A DNA stretch of 64,000 nucleotides, taken from assembly GCA_001643675.2 (NCBI GenBank), contig LSRY02000014.1:372001-436000 (forward strand). The letters are read 5' to 3'. This DNA is from Monocercomonoides exilis PA203 (lineage: Eukaryota; Protista; Preaxostyla). A program made the translations under genes and the position numbers. Below, piece by piece: positions 1 through 15,000 of this stretch. Numbering within the stretch: position 1 is the stretch's first letter; every line of letters begins with the position of its first letter. The notes below the pieces were generated by a model, which was not told the DNA's origin, did no database searches, and saw only the letters and a list, made by a program, of their open reading frames with translations.

Positions 1-3000
1 GAAGATGTTGATGCATCGTTCAACAAAGTTTTCCCATATTTCGTCCATTATGCGTCTCAGCTTCTAACTCTTTCTTCAGATCTTCTTGATTCAGGCATAA
101 ATGAGCTCTGCAGAATACGATATGAAAGGATACAGCTTATGAAGAAAAGAGTGAAATCAGAAGAAATGCCTGATAACCTCGGTTGCAGCTTCACTTCAAC
201 AGAAATTGATGATATTCTGATCGTTCTGAAAAAGTCAAGTGTTGGTACGTTGTGTCAATCGTTGATTTTGTTGCTGTCGCTCATCACTTCAAACTCGCCG
301 TCAGTTGCTTCTCTCATGGTCAAGCCTGTTTCTCGTTTTCTTTCGTCTTACAATAAATTCTTGAATGCATTGCTTGGGAAAGACAACGAAATGAATTTTT
401 CAGACAGCGACTCAGAGAGCATTAATGAGATTAGCAATGCTTTTGCAAAGCGTAAGTCAGATGAACTGAGCCATTCAGAACTTGCTGTCTTGAAAAAAGT
501 TACTCAGTCAATAAGTGCACCTAAGCCAACTCGCATAGAAACGAGACATCCATATGACAACGATCAGGATTGGAAGAAAACTGTGAAGGTGGATGAAGCT
601 GTTGGATACAAGTTGCACTTCAATACAAAATGCGAGACAGAAAATAAGTACGATTGGATTCGAGTATTTGAGGTTGTGCAAAAGCCGAATGGCAAAGATG
701 GAGAAGGCAGGGAACTGATGATGTGCACTGGAACCAACTTTCCAAAGAAAGACGTTCTTCTTATGAAAAAAGGCTTGGTTTTCCAATTTCACTCTGATGG
801 AAGTGGTGTTGAGTGGGGCATAGAAATCGATGTGACACCAATAATGGGAGACAAAAAGGTTGTGTCCGAATGGTACGTCCAATTGAGCTATGAAATTGCG
901 CAAATTCTGTCACTCTGCTTGAAGTGTATATGCAAGTTCGGCGTTGGAGAAAGCGCAAAAAGGGCGCATTTGAAAGGAGAAAAAGAGGAAGAAGAAGAAG
1001 ACGACGACGAAAATGCAAATAAAAAAACCGAAACTGAACCTTCTGATAAACCAGACGAGTCAACTGGCCAAGAAGAGGAAACGAATTCAGATTCTGATGA
1101 TCATTCATCCGAAGAAAGCTCACACTCCAGCCAAAATAATAACTCTGAAGGGAAGGACAAGGGAAAGGAAGAAAGTGCATCACTCTTCAGAACGTCTTAC
1201 ACAGACATCAATTTACTTTTGGAGCAGATGCGTATTGGCTCAAAAGTGAAAGGCAGATGGGAGAATGGAAGATGGCTGTGCTATGAAGATCCGTCCTCCT
1301 CTGCAAAGTCCAATCTGCGTGTTTACGTGTACGGCAAAAACGAGCTGGAAATCTGGGAAGGTTCTTTCTGCAGATCTGCGTTGCTTCTTCCTGAGGTTCA
1401 AGAAGCATGCGCAAGGCAACTATTTAGCAGAGGAGTTTCAGAGGCTGTTATTCAGTCTGTCGAAGCGGCATCGTCTTTGCTAAATAAAAACCTTTCAGTT
1501 TCTGTCGCAAAAGAATATGTCTCATCAATTGTCAAACAAGAACAATTTCTCGAAGGGAGTCGTTTGTGTGCTGAATCGATGCTTCTGAAGGAGATACTTA
1601 CAATGCCCGACTCCATCATTACAAGTTCATTGGATCTTGTTCGTGATTCAGTGAAAATAGCAGCACCTGCTTTAAAACTTCCTGAGCAGGCTAATTGCGA
1701 CACTCCTTCAACAGAACTTACTGCAAAATTGCTGATCAACAGTCTTCTCTTTGGCCCTTCTCAAACAGAAAAGCTAAAGTCAAATTACTCAAAATTGACT
1801 TCTCTCCCAACATTTGTGCCAGGCGAGCAGTTGGTCGATACGCTTTCTCTTGCTCAACCACCATTCCCAATGGGATCTCAGACAAAAGCAGCAGGAATGG
1901 AACTTCTGGGAATTGTTCTGGGAACAGTTCTTGCAGTTAGTTCGGCTGCATTAAAAGGAGCACTCGAACTCGCAAGAGATATGAGCAAGAAACTTGCGGA
2001 GAAATTTAAAGCTGCTAAAGGATCCGGAGATTTTGTATCCTCACAAACTGCGAAGGTAATGATTCCACGCCAACAAATAGATACGAACTTAATTAGAGTG
2101 TGGAGAGGATGCACGTCTGTTGTCGCTTCGCTTATCAGAGGATCACAAGATAAGAAGGGTCCAGTACTTAGCATTTTACTCGAAGAAATAAGGAGGCGAA
2201 GCTTCTTACTGATTAACAGTTGTAGATTCGACGGATTGCGTGTGATCAAAGAAGCCACAACCTCCTTTGAAGCACAGCCACCTACTGTTTCAGCAGCAAT
2301 TTCGATATCACAGCTTGGGGCAAATAAATCCAATACAGAAAAGACCGGAACACTTCAATTGTCAGCCTCTGATCTTTCTCAAGTGCTGCTATTTTTGAGG
2401 GAAGTGTCATCAGTTCAGTTCATCAGGAGTGTTCTATTTTGGCGTTTGGCAGCAAGAACAAAGACGCATTCGTTGCATCAAATCGCACACATTCTCGAAA
2501 AAGAGGATCAAAAATTCAATGGCTCTGCAGATACGTTGGCTTCATTGCTTTCGCCAATGTATCTAACAGTTTCAAATATCCCTCTTTATCAATCATTGTC
2601 GCAAATGATTTCCGAGAGCCAGGTTGGTTCACTCACCGAAGGTTTAGAATGTTCAGGCGATATGCTTTGTTCTTCTGTGAATACTGCGCTTTTCGAAGTT
2701 GGAAAGTCGTTGTTATATCAGTTGGAGAATTCTTCATGCTTGGTTGATGAGATTTGGTTGATTGTCAATGCTCAATGCGATGGCACAGAGAATTCGAAGA
2801 AAGATGCAATTTCTTCGATGGGAAATATCAATCCTTACATTCATGTGGCAGGTGAAGCCTTGGTTGTAAGATGTCATGAATTGATTGCCATTTTGGCTTC
2901 AATAAACTCAATTGTTGGCATTCTAGTGAATAAGACGAATCAATGTTTGTTCAAATCAACCAAGAATAATGATACAGCTGATGCTGAAAATGATTTCTCA

Positions 3001-6000
3001 AACATTTCCATTCTTAAATTGTTGCATTTAATCAAAAAGATTGCTTCGCTTAACGATATTGGACTGCCTGAAGTTAAACGACTTCGGATTTCTGCATTTT
3101 CTTTGCTAAAAATCATAGTAACTGAGTTACTGCTACCTGAAATGCATGAATCAAACACTTCATCAGAAAGCATTTCAAATGACAGTTTCAACGCAGAAGA
3201 GGTGTTTAATTCAAACTGGGAGAAGTTATTCAATGAAACTCAACTCGGTGCTATCGAAGTGCTCAAGTTTTGTTTGAGAATGGCATCTGAAGAAATGAAA
3301 ATTGACAAGACTGAAAGATCAGCACAGCTCAAAAATTTGCTTTTAAGACGAAAGGCTTCTGAAGAAAGCAATTCTTCTGCTTCTTTTTTGTCCTCATCTT
3401 TATTGCTTCCACCTATCGATGATTCGTATGCCTTAACTGTTGCATCATTTATTGGCAGTTTAGTTTTTTGCGCACTTAACACCATGGTGGCTTCTTATTC
3501 AACTGTTGCCGATGATTCTGATGCAAAGGAATTAGAAGGGAAGAGAAAACAATCATTCATTGCATTGTATAGTGCGCTCGACGCAAACTGCTATCGGGAC
3601 ATAGCGTTACTAACGCTGTTTGGTACACCACGCATTCAGCGAATTGCAATTCAAACGTTATCTTTGCTTCTTCGGTATCATTCTGGACCAGTTGAAATTG
3701 AGATTCAAGATATGAAGATTAATCCACTAGATGTTCTTCTTCTTCTGTCAAACTTAACAATTTTTGGAAGAATGAAAGACACCGTGAAAGATTATCATCT
3801 ATTTGACCCAACAAATAAAAAAGAATTGCGCAGAATCAAAGATAGTTCTGACGCACTATCAATTCTTACACAAGTTTTAGTTTCTTCAACATGCTTTTCA
3901 GCCGCTAATGCGATTGGTAGCGTTGTTCCAAAGGTCTTTCCCACAATGGCAGATCCAGAGGAGGTTATACCAAAAGAAAATACAACAACAGGGCTCCAAA
4001 ATGAAGCAAAAAAGAATTTTTCGATACATCCTACAGATTTTCCGTTGTATGCTTCTCAAATGTCTGTTCTGAAATCACCAGCATTCCTTGAAGCTATTCA
4101 AAAAACATACAACTTTAATGATGAAATCATGAAAGTTGGAAAACTGTGGATTGATGAGTTGTTCCATAACTTCGAAAAATTCAGTGAGTGTCAAATGGAA
4201 ACTCAACTGGAAGAAAAAGCCACAAAAGAAAATCAGCCTGTAAGCATGTCAGACGGACAGATGTTATCTGAGAGCAAAGACTCACCTGTGAATAAAACGT
4301 TAAAGCAAGATGAGCATCACACAGAAATTGATAAGAGTCAAAATGGAGATGGTATCAAAGAAAGCACACATGACTCCGATTCTTTGTCAATGTCATTCCC
4401 TGCTAAATATCACGAGAAAAATAATCCTCTGATTACTATGTTCGAAAACTCACATTTATTTATGACTCCTCAATTGGACCTTCATCTTCCAACTATACTT
4501 AATCTACAAGATCATCTAAGCGGTTTATTCAGTTCGTTACATCATAATCAACGGAATAATTCTGCTTCCACATTAGCTGATCAACTTGCTTCACAATCAT
4601 CCATTCTCTCACCTACATCACCTAGAAATACCTCAAACCTTCTACATCCACCCTCTATGGATTTCAATAGCTGGGCATCACGCAGTTCAACAAGTTCTCC
4701 CATTGAAGAGACAGAAGATTTGATCCCATCTATCACATTGTTTATTAAGGCCTGCACGCAATTCCTTAATCATCCGCTACGGTTGGTTCCAATTGAGGAA
4801 GTACAGTCGCTTGAGCGATGTGCTTCAGAAGCATTGCGCTCTCTGGCGATGATCAGCTTCGACAGCATCTCAGCGTATAAATTTCTTGTGCAGCATAGCA
4901 AATATCCAAGCGGTGCTTCTATCATCGAACAGCTTGCTTCAAGACGGATTAAAGGAGCTCAACGAGTCAGGGAGAAGTTGATGGAAGCTGTGAAAGACCT
5001 TCCAAAGACGTTGAGAAACACATATCTTTGGCTGCAAAACTTGGATGAAGGAACATCGAGCAGCGAAATGGAAGAAACTTGCAACAAGAATTGCACAGTT
5101 GAAATGCAGAATCTACCAAAGCTGATCGAACAATCAGCTGCTTTGAAAGTTCTTGGCTTGGACGTCGACAGCGAAGCTGATGTTGGTCTGAATGTCGAAA
5201 TCAAAGTGCAGGATGGTTCATTGAAAGCCACGACAGGAGTTATTGTTGACATCTGGAAGGAAAGTGGACTTTGCTTGGTGTCTTTTGATCAGTCTCCAGA
5301 GCTTAAACTCGTTCCCATCAAAGCTTTGGCTCTTCTTTCACAAGAATCATCAATTAGCAATCAAGACATGATATTGACTGATGCACTAAGGAAAATTCAT
5401 AAAGGTTGCATCCAAATGTCTCAAAAGCAATCTGGAGAAAATTCATCAGAAAATGTTCCATTGCTGTTTGGAAATGCCACTTTTCAGGTTACGAAGCAGT
5501 TGAATGAGCTATACAACAAACAAGTGAAAACATACATGCATTATTCAAATAGTGAATCATCTTCATCTCTGTCATTGCAAAATGGTGATGCTAAAAAAGA
5601 TGTAGCTGACGAAGAAAAAGATGTGCAATTTACAGATGAGCAGAGGGTTATGACATCTGCATTGCTTGTGCTTTCACGCATTCGCTGTGATGTCATGAAA
5701 GTTATAAACCGAATTGTTACCTTTGGAAAAGAAGAGTTGAATTGCTCCTCAGCTGCACAGAGTGGCTTGAATGAGTTGGATTCAATGGTAGCATCTGTTG
5801 TGCAAATGGCCTCACATGGCACTGTGAATGAAGCAAAAACAGTCACAAATAAACGGGCATTAATGCTTGAAAAGGTTCTGTGTTCTACAGATTATACTCA
5901 AAATCCAAATGAAAATGACAAAGATGGATCTTCTTCAGCATCATCTTCAAAATCGTCTATTGAGCCTACATCTGTAAATGATATATATCTCAGATGTTGG

Positions 6001-9000
6001 ACAGATTCATTCCATAAGAAAGTGACGACTGTTTGCTTCTGGATATGCCCGAAGTGCTTCGTTGCAGGTATTGCGGTGTGCTCATGTGGACGTGAATTGA
6101 AGTCACCAGCTGAACTAATTAACCCGAAAGAGTTTAAGTGCTCTGCATGCAAAAAGGTGCAGCCACTAAGCACACAAAAAGATATGTGCGGATGTCATGG
6201 TAAGACAAGTGCGTACTTACAGCATCAACACTTCTTTGCTATTGTTAACAAGGAAGAGATGGAGCTGATCTATTGTCAAACCAAAAAACAGAAAGAAGAC
6301 ACATTCGTGCCGCTGCTGCATTGCCGCAAGACTGGGGTGGTCAGAGTTGCTACAGACAATGAAAAGATGCTGAGGATTACTTGCCCTGGCAGCCACTTGA
6401 AAAAGTCAACAAGTGATGCTGATTCGTCCAACTTGCCATTTACTCCTATCATGGATTTAGCCACAACAAACCTTGAACATAGCAATATAATAAATGCAAT
6501 TATCAATCAACCAGATGTTCCGTTGACTGCATTTAAGCACCCGAAGCTCCCAATTGAACCGCATGTTTTCTTTAATAGTAAAGATCACAGCGATGTTAAG
6601 GAATCATTTGAAAACTCAAAGAAAAAATATAAGAGTATTTTGAAAGAGCTAAAGAGAATCCAGAAGAGAATTGTTAAAACAGAAAATAATAATAATTCAG
6701 ACAATACAAACACCAGAAATACTAGTTCGTCGTCGTCATCATCATCATCTTCTTCTTCTTCACAATCAAGTACATATGAAAAAGATCTTTCTCAGATTCT
6801 TGCAGAGGATAGCATTAAGATTGATGATGACCTCCTTTCGTTAAATGAAGAAGACGAAGATTCAAATGTCGTTTGCGCTACAAACGAGGAATTTTCTGAT
6901 TGTACTTGGGAATTGCTTCCGGTATTCTTTATGACAGAAAACAAATATCCACTAAATCGTTTGGCTTCTCTGGATCATCTAAAAACAATAGCATCAGATT
7001 TTTCATTCAGCAAGTATTTGAAAAGTGCCAGAGATTGCATATGCGAGTCGATTTTTGATAAGCAATACTTCAGAAATGTTACAAGTCTTCTGAAGCGTGT
7101 GTTTGAGCATCCAGTTTTTAACGCTGATATTTTACAATTAGAATCAATTTTCAATATTGGCGCCTCGCAAGGCTTCAAGGTTGATTTTTCAATGATCCAT
7201 CCTGCTGTGAGTGCAGCGATGATAGCGGCTGCTGCAGTGAAGAAAGGAGAGCGTGTTCTTCTTGTTGGAAGCGATGCCTTTGTGATGTCCTCAATTTTGT
7301 CGAAGCTAATTCGACCAGGAGGGATTGTGGTGCAATCAGCGGGGAATGAAAATGTATATATTCAACAAAGATCTTATCAAAATCGCAGTAACGTAAATGC
7401 CAAGAGGCTCAATGAATTGGAAATAGAAAAGCAACTGAAACTTTTAAATGATCGACCCGAACCAACGTCATCATGCTCTTCGCCACTTTCACCAAAACAG
7501 CCATTGTCCGAACTTTCTCCTTCTGGAGCATCAGAAAAGATCAGCAAGAGCAAGTATTCTTTGGCTTGCTATGATATGTTTAAAGATGATGACATCACAC
7601 CGCTTAATGTCTTTCACACTAAAGCCGATGCCATGCAACTGCCTCCTTCATTATATGCGTTTGATGTTATCATTTCAGCAAGCAAATTCGATTCTCGCTA
7701 TCTTCTCAGCCTTATTGCTCTTCTGGACCAACACAATCCTTCTTCAAGAATTATTTATCCGGACATTGAAGAGATGAAAGTTTGCCAGGTTACGCTACGA
7801 AGCAAAAGGCCAAGAATTTCGAAGTTTGCACAGCTTCAATCGGAAGATGAGCTGAAAGCATTGCCTCTCTGCACTGAGGAGTCGGATCAGAGGCATCCGT
7901 ATCGGGATTGCTTGCCAGTTGGAAATATGCCTTTTAGAGGAAATGATCACGAGCTTCCGTTTTTGTATCAGGAAGACACAATGAAGGAAATGACGATTGA
8001 TCTCGCAAAGAGAGCGATAACATATTTATGTGAAAAAATTCCTGTGGTTGAACTGAAGCAGCCATTAACTTTTGATAAAGTATTTCCTGATTCATTGAAG
8101 CAGGTCTCTCTTGATTACTCAAGCACTGGGAGGGCTGAGGCGTTATGGTCTTCAATTCAATGCATGCAGTTTGGCATGTGCACTAAACATTCTGGACCGC
8201 ATGTGGGCATTTATCACAACTATCGCCAAACAGTTGAACATATCAGAAGACGAGCAAAAGAATCAAAAGAAAAAGAAAACTTAGAAAAAGAGGAAAATAA
8301 ATTTACCAGTTTGTTACCTGCGGCTATTGCAAAGCGATATCCTCTATCGATAAAATCTTGTTTTGCTGAACAATTTCCTGAACGCTACGAGAAAGCGCAG
8401 GAACTTGCAGACAGAATCGATAGCGAAGAGGCAATTGTGGAATATGAAGGCGTTAAGTGCGAGTTAAGTCGGTCAAACATGGAAAGGGCAGAAATGATAG
8501 GGGAGAAGTATGGCTCCATTTTATCTATGAATTGCAGCTGCTGCGGCGTCAGTTTCGGTGGGTGGTGCATCTGCCTACCGTGCAAATGCTTCTGCCACAA
8601 CCACAAAACAAAAAAGGAAGTGGTGAACATTCAGCGCATGCGAAAGAAAGGGCGCGCATCTTGGAAAGAAAAAGGGCAAGCTGACTTAAGCAATGTTGAT
8701 CCATCGATGAAGTCGATGCTGTCGGTTGGCGAGCATTATTACTCAAATGCATTCTGCGACTGCTCTGAGGGAGTTGACAACATGCCACAGGCGTGGAAGT
8801 GCAACTTGAATCTATGTTCTAAATACGAAATTGGAAATATTAGCAAACATTCCACAGATTATGAAGGGACATCTTCTTCTTCTTCTTCCTATTCTTCTTC
8901 TTCTTCTTCTTCTTCTTCCTCTTCCTCCTCCTCCTCCTCCTCCTCTTCTTCTTCTTCAAACAAAACGGTCCAGTCAAATGAGAATTCTTCATTGTCGATT

Positions 9001-12000
9001 GCTGAGCCAATGTGGATTTGCCCATCGATGGAGATATTTGCTCCAGATTTCATAAACACAGAGGAGGCAATGGAGCTGAGCCGCCTTGGAAAAGATGTCA
9101 TCTTTATGGGATTGAAAGTGTACGAAGATTATGATGAAGAAATATTTTATCACACAACTCCGAAAGATGAGATTTTTAACGTTGTTGGCCAGCCATTCGA
9201 ACAGGAAAAGGAAGCATTGTTCGAGTTGTTTGAATTGAAAAGAAAGAAGAGAATCAGCGAAAAATGGGCAAATGATTGGAATGAGATGAGCTCAGCTGTT
9301 AGCTCCAAAGAAATGAAAGAAAAGACCTCATCGAGCTCTGATTCAGAGAAAATGGAAGTTGACTTTAGTGGAAAGAAGGAAGACGATGAAGAAGAAAAAG
9401 AAAGAAAGCCTATTTGCTCTTCATCGTCATCTTCATCTTCATCGTCGTCGTCGTCGTCATCATCATCTTCTTCTTCTTCTTCTATTCTTTCGTCAATCAA
9501 TAAGGCAACAATTTCAAAGTGCAAATCATTGTTTTCGCTGATGTTTTCTCATTCATTCATAAAAGCAAATGCTGAGCATTTGGAACTTGAAGAAAAGAAG
9601 GGCGAAGAAGAGTGGCGAGAGCAGACAGAAGAAAATGAAGATGAAAGCACCGAAGAAGAATCCGAAGCTGCTCTGGAAGAAAAAGAATGCAGCAACGATG
9701 AATCTGATAAGATTGAAGATATCGAAAAAGAAGAGGAATACAGTGAAAGCGAAGAAAATGCTAATGAAATGGAAGTGAAAAGGGACAAAGACGACGAAGA
9801 TGATAAAGAATCCATTGACACTTCATCAAGCGAGTTGGAAGAGGAAGAAGAAATGTCTTCTGATGAAGATTCTCTTTCTGGTGCTTCATTGCTTGCTAGC
9901 ACCAGCCGCAAGAAGCATCGGAAGAAAAGAAACTATCGGCGCTGTGTTGGGCTACGGAGCAAAGGCTTTAGGAGGTTTTATGATGGTGGAGAACGTCTTT
10001 TAGGAGGAATGGAATCAGATTTAGATTCAGATTCAGATATGCTTGATTTGTTTTCCAATTGCAGTGATTCGGATAGTGTGTCTATAAGCACATCAGTTTC
10101 AAGCGATTCATCTGACTCGGCAGATGATAAAGGAGATCAAGATAATGTAAATACTGGTCTCGCATTCTTATTTGAAGAAGATTCTGATAAACCTGCATCT
10201 TCAGGTTCCAATAACAATTCTAATATTGATGACTTCTTGACAGATTCATCGAGTGAAGACAGCGATAGCGACAGTGATAGTGACAGCGATGAAGATGATG
10301 ATAGCTATAGTAGCGACGGTAGCAGTAGCAGCAGCTCAAGAATAAATGATTCAGATGATTCGTCAGATAACTCTGCTGATAGGCTAATGAAACTGAAAAA
10401 CATGTTCAATAAAAAGAAGGAGAAACTGAAGAGTGTTATTAGTTCATTAAAACAGCAAAAGCAAAATATAAAGCACTCTTCGGCAGCGTCCAGGAAAAAG
10501 GAAGACGAAAGAGAAGTTGAGGATGTTGAACCCCAAAACTTGGAAACATCACTTTTGGTTGACAAATGCAAATTGCCTTATGCTTCCTCTTACAGTGGGA
10601 CGGTTCTAAAAGAAGACGTTAAAGTTTTGGAAACTATTTTGAGCCAGTCTGCAGACAGCTCAACCATTTCTGTAACTTCATCGTCATCCTCATCATCCTC
10701 ATCTTCTTCTTCTGCTTTTGGTGCCCTTCTTGTTCCTCCACCTGAAGTTGCAAAAGAAAAATCGTTAAACGCATCACAATTGTCTTCCTCTGCGAATAAA
10801 GTTAAATCCTCAAGTTCTAATTTACCGCCACGTGTTCAGAAAATTGTTTCATTTTATGCAAAAGCAAATGAAGAAGTTCGCACCAATAGTGCATCTTCAT
10901 CTTCTGCTTCTGCATCGTCCAAAAGTGGACAGCTATCACAGATGGAAAACGAAGAAAGAACTTTTGTCGACTCGCTCTGCGGAATCGATCTCATTAACCG
11001 AGTGAAAGATAAAGGCAATGCTTCGTCTTTGATTGCTTCTGTATCACCTGCGACTTCTCCTTCACCAGACGACAGCCCACAAGCAGAACTTTCTGCTATG
11101 GATGAAAGACACAGCACTTTGGATCTTAAAAAATTGATTTCTGAGTCATCTGAGGAAGAGGCATTGCATGGTGAATCAAGTGACGCAACGCAAAGCATGC
11201 GGAGGAAGATGGATGGGCTTTTGTCAAATTTAACCGATCATCAGGCGGATCGTGAACAAGAATTAACAACACGAAGATGCAGAGGTCATGGTACACAGGA
11301 AGATGAGGATGAGGGCGAAGAAGAGGAGGAGGAGGATGAATTATCTGATTTTCTCAGTTCATCTTCTGATGAAAGCGATTCCTCAATTTCTACTGATAGT
11401 GATGGGCACTCTATTTCTGCTGGTGAGAATCCGTCTGGAGCTAGCTTATTCCTGAATTCTGCATCATCGCTTTTCAGTGGAAGTTCTGAAAGCAATGGAT
11501 TGTTTGGCTGGGGCAGATTGGGAAGTGGTGCTGAGTCTGCAGAAGGGTTGATGCTTTCTAACCAGATGTATCAGCTCAGCAAGCCTGATCATGGATTCAC
11601 AAACCCGAACCCCAAATCAGTGAAGCCAGGGGATGTGTATTTCCTGAAACAGAACATTAAGTTGAACACTCTCCCGATGATGTCTCACATTTCATCGTCT
11701 TTAGGCAATTGCACTCTTTCTGATTTATCGTATTGCCCTGCTGTTGTGATCAAATCCGATGGTGTGATGGCCTTCGTAGAGGTATCTGTTGCCTCAGTGG
11801 GGCTGATCCAATATTTGTGGGTTCCGATTGAATCGCTTTGTGTTTGTAATATTTTAACTGACGATCCTGAAATTCCGCTGACAAATTCTACTGATTGCTC
11901 AAACATTGCTGGAACAAGCTTTGATTCTAGACTGAAAAACAACAAAGTTAAAAAAGAAGCACTGAAAAAGAGAGCGGTGCAACTGTTAATTGCCGAGCAC

Positions 12001-15000
12001 TTTTTATCGCAGCAAGTTGCGAAAGGAATCATTGTTGACTTGATTATCAATGTGCCGAGGAAAGAGAGGTTCCAAGACAAGCTGACCACGCTTATCAATG
12101 AATCGACAATGCTTTCATTTCTGAGAAGCGCAATGTTTGGAACGATCTTTCTTGATTTGAGAGCAGAAAAGGAACTTATACAAGGTCGTTCGCCAGCAAA
12201 CAGCTTCGGGTCAGTTTTTGGTTTGATGAGCAGCTCATCATCTTCCACACAAAATACTTCATTAGAAATTGAAAATTCAACAAGCAGGAATTATGTCAGC
12301 GCAAAAAGTGGAGAGGAAGCACTTATTTTGCTGACGCAAAGGTTTGGCTGGTGGATTGCGGATGAGTTTGCCGAGGACAATCTTGGAAATCGGATTGTCG
12401 AAGTGCTTTCCTCTGAAGGCAGCTCTGCAATTCAAAGAAACAATTCACCACTGTCATCAAAAGAGAAAGAAAAAGATAAAAAGGCAAGAGGATGGGGAGA
12501 TGGATGCCTTTCGATGCTTTTGCGCTATCTTCTTTCAACATTGACATCTCCTCGACGTGTAGCTAATGCGATTATCGTATCCGAAAATCAATCTTTGGAT
12601 GCAATTGTTCCCGAAGAAAATCTTTGGAATGTGGAATCCAGTTGCTCATCTTCTTCGACTTCATCGTCTGCTTTCTCGCCATTCAGCCTTTCTGAATCAG
12701 CTGAGACATTAAGTCAAAAGCAGAGAGAAGATATGTGTAAAAGTTTAAGATACCAAAAATCAAAAAATATCAACCTCGATAGTTCCGAGAGTTTTAATAG
12801 AAATGCACATGCTGTTCCTGGTTATTCTGTATATCCTTTAGTCAAAGGATCAGACAGCGAGAGTTCAGCAAGTGCAAATTCGTTGAAGAAGATGCTTGTT
12901 GTTGAATCGCCTCACAACTATAAGGATAACTCGGATATTACAATGGAACTGACAATTCCGGGTGCAAAGAGCCTTCACTTTGTCTTCGATCGCAGATGCT
13001 ACACAGAAGGTGGATGTGACAGACTAAAATTTTATGATGCAAAAACAGGAAGAGAGTTGAAAGAGTACTCAGGAAGCGATGGATTTGAAGATTTCACTGC
13101 AGAAGGTACTGATAGCGTTACTTTTTCGTTCAAGTCAGATGGGTCAGTAAACTACTGGGGATACAAGTTCTTTGTAATGGAAGGAGAAAGTGCAAAAGGA
13201 GTCAAGTCATCAAACGAAACATCTGGAAATTCGCGTAGTGTGGCAATTTCCTCAAGAACACTTAAATGGAACGAGTTCATGAAAGACGCAAAAGAAAGCG
13301 GAAATCTTGCAAAGGCATCTTCAGAGAATAGCAGCGCAAGTGACAATAGCAAGGAAGAATCAGCTTTGAAAAAAGTTGAAGAAAAGCAAGCAAAAGCCAG
13401 TGAAGGAACACTTGAACTGGTAGCATGGATTCTTCAGCTTCTTCTGTCGCTGCCAACACGAGGCTTCCGCAAATTAGGTAGCTCACAAATAGAATCATCA
13501 CCTTTTTCGTCTTCGTCTGCCCAAAGCAGCCAAAACGAGCTATTGATAGACTTTTCCCCATTAATTCGTCCTGTTCTGAATCTGACAATTGTGATGACAG
13601 TGAAGCATCCAATGCATCATGTATTCTCAACAATACTCTCACAAATGCTTGACAGATGGAGTTATTGCCACAGCAACATACCATCAGCCGAGAAATTGTC
13701 AGAAGCTGTTCTTAACAAATCTTCACAAACTTCTCCTGCTTTGGAAAGCTCTTCATCTACTTCATTCCCTCAATCATTTTATTCAGGAGAGATGTGTCTG
13801 CGTGGCTTCCCAACGAACTCAGTTGAGGAATATATAAAGTTTGCTGGAATTAAGGCAAAAGAGCCAACAGCAAAAGAAGAAGAAAAAATAAAACAATTGA
13901 GAGCAAAATGGGAGGAGAAATTGATCAAAGGAGAGTTGTGTGATGACTTGTCAATATTTAAAGAGGATACGGATGTGTCGATGCCAAGTTCATTTGCGCT
14001 GTTGGAGCTGAAGCTTGCAATGCTCAGAGCTTATCATATTTACATGAGAATAAAACATGCTCGCTATGCAGCGGTTAAAATTGCAGAGACAAGGAAGAAA
14101 GAAAACGAAGAGAATGAAAAGATTGAAAAGATAAATGAATTAAAGCGAGTGACAAAGACAGAAGATGTGTCTGATTCTGATTATATTCCACAGTTCTTCT
14201 GGAGATTTGGATCATATTCATCCATGCTTCAGCAGCTCAATGAACTTATTGAGCTTGCACATTTCTTTACTGAACCTTTGCCAAACCCTACATCCAGACA
14301 GACTGTCTCTTCGCAACAGAAGTCTGTTGATTTCACTTCATTTGCCTTGAGAAAATCATTCAGAACTGTCATCTGGAAAGGTGTGCTCGATGCTGTTCGT
14401 CGCAGCATTGTGGAGACTCTGCATCCATATGGCAGAGAGGGATACAAGACTAAGATCATACTTCCTGGTGCTAGAAACGTTCGAGCAAAAGTTCTTCATG
14501 GCTCAAAAATTGATAGCAATAATAAACATAAGTTATATCTCGGAAACAAAGACTTTGATAATATGGAGGAAAAATCTGTATTTGCTGCTCAAGCATATTC
14601 AGAGAATACAAGTAAGTTTTTGCTACGCATTGATACAAATGACAGCCCACCGAAAAAGCCAAATGATTATGGAATAAAATGTTGGATTGAGTTCAAATTT
14701 GGCACAGAAGCCGAAGAGTTTATGAAAGCTGTAGATATTGGAATGATTATGAAGAAGCCGTCGGATTATACATCTGAGGATGAGACTGAGCTGATATCTG
14801 CGATAGAAAGAGAAACTCAAGTGGGAACGCTGCTTCTTCCGACGATGCGAAGGATAGAAGATATTTATCGCGATGGAAGAGTCTGGAACTTTGGCTTAGA
14901 TGCCAAGTTGGTTGACACTCTTAACGTTATCATGAACAAGGAACACAAAAAGGCCTGGAAAACTTATGGAGTTGGAGATATCGTTGAAGAAATTGGAGAG

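Noticed and set aside
139-141. ATG at 139 as the start of the HECT gene
   Set aside because: The frame is open back to base 1, so the true start is probably upstream of the window.
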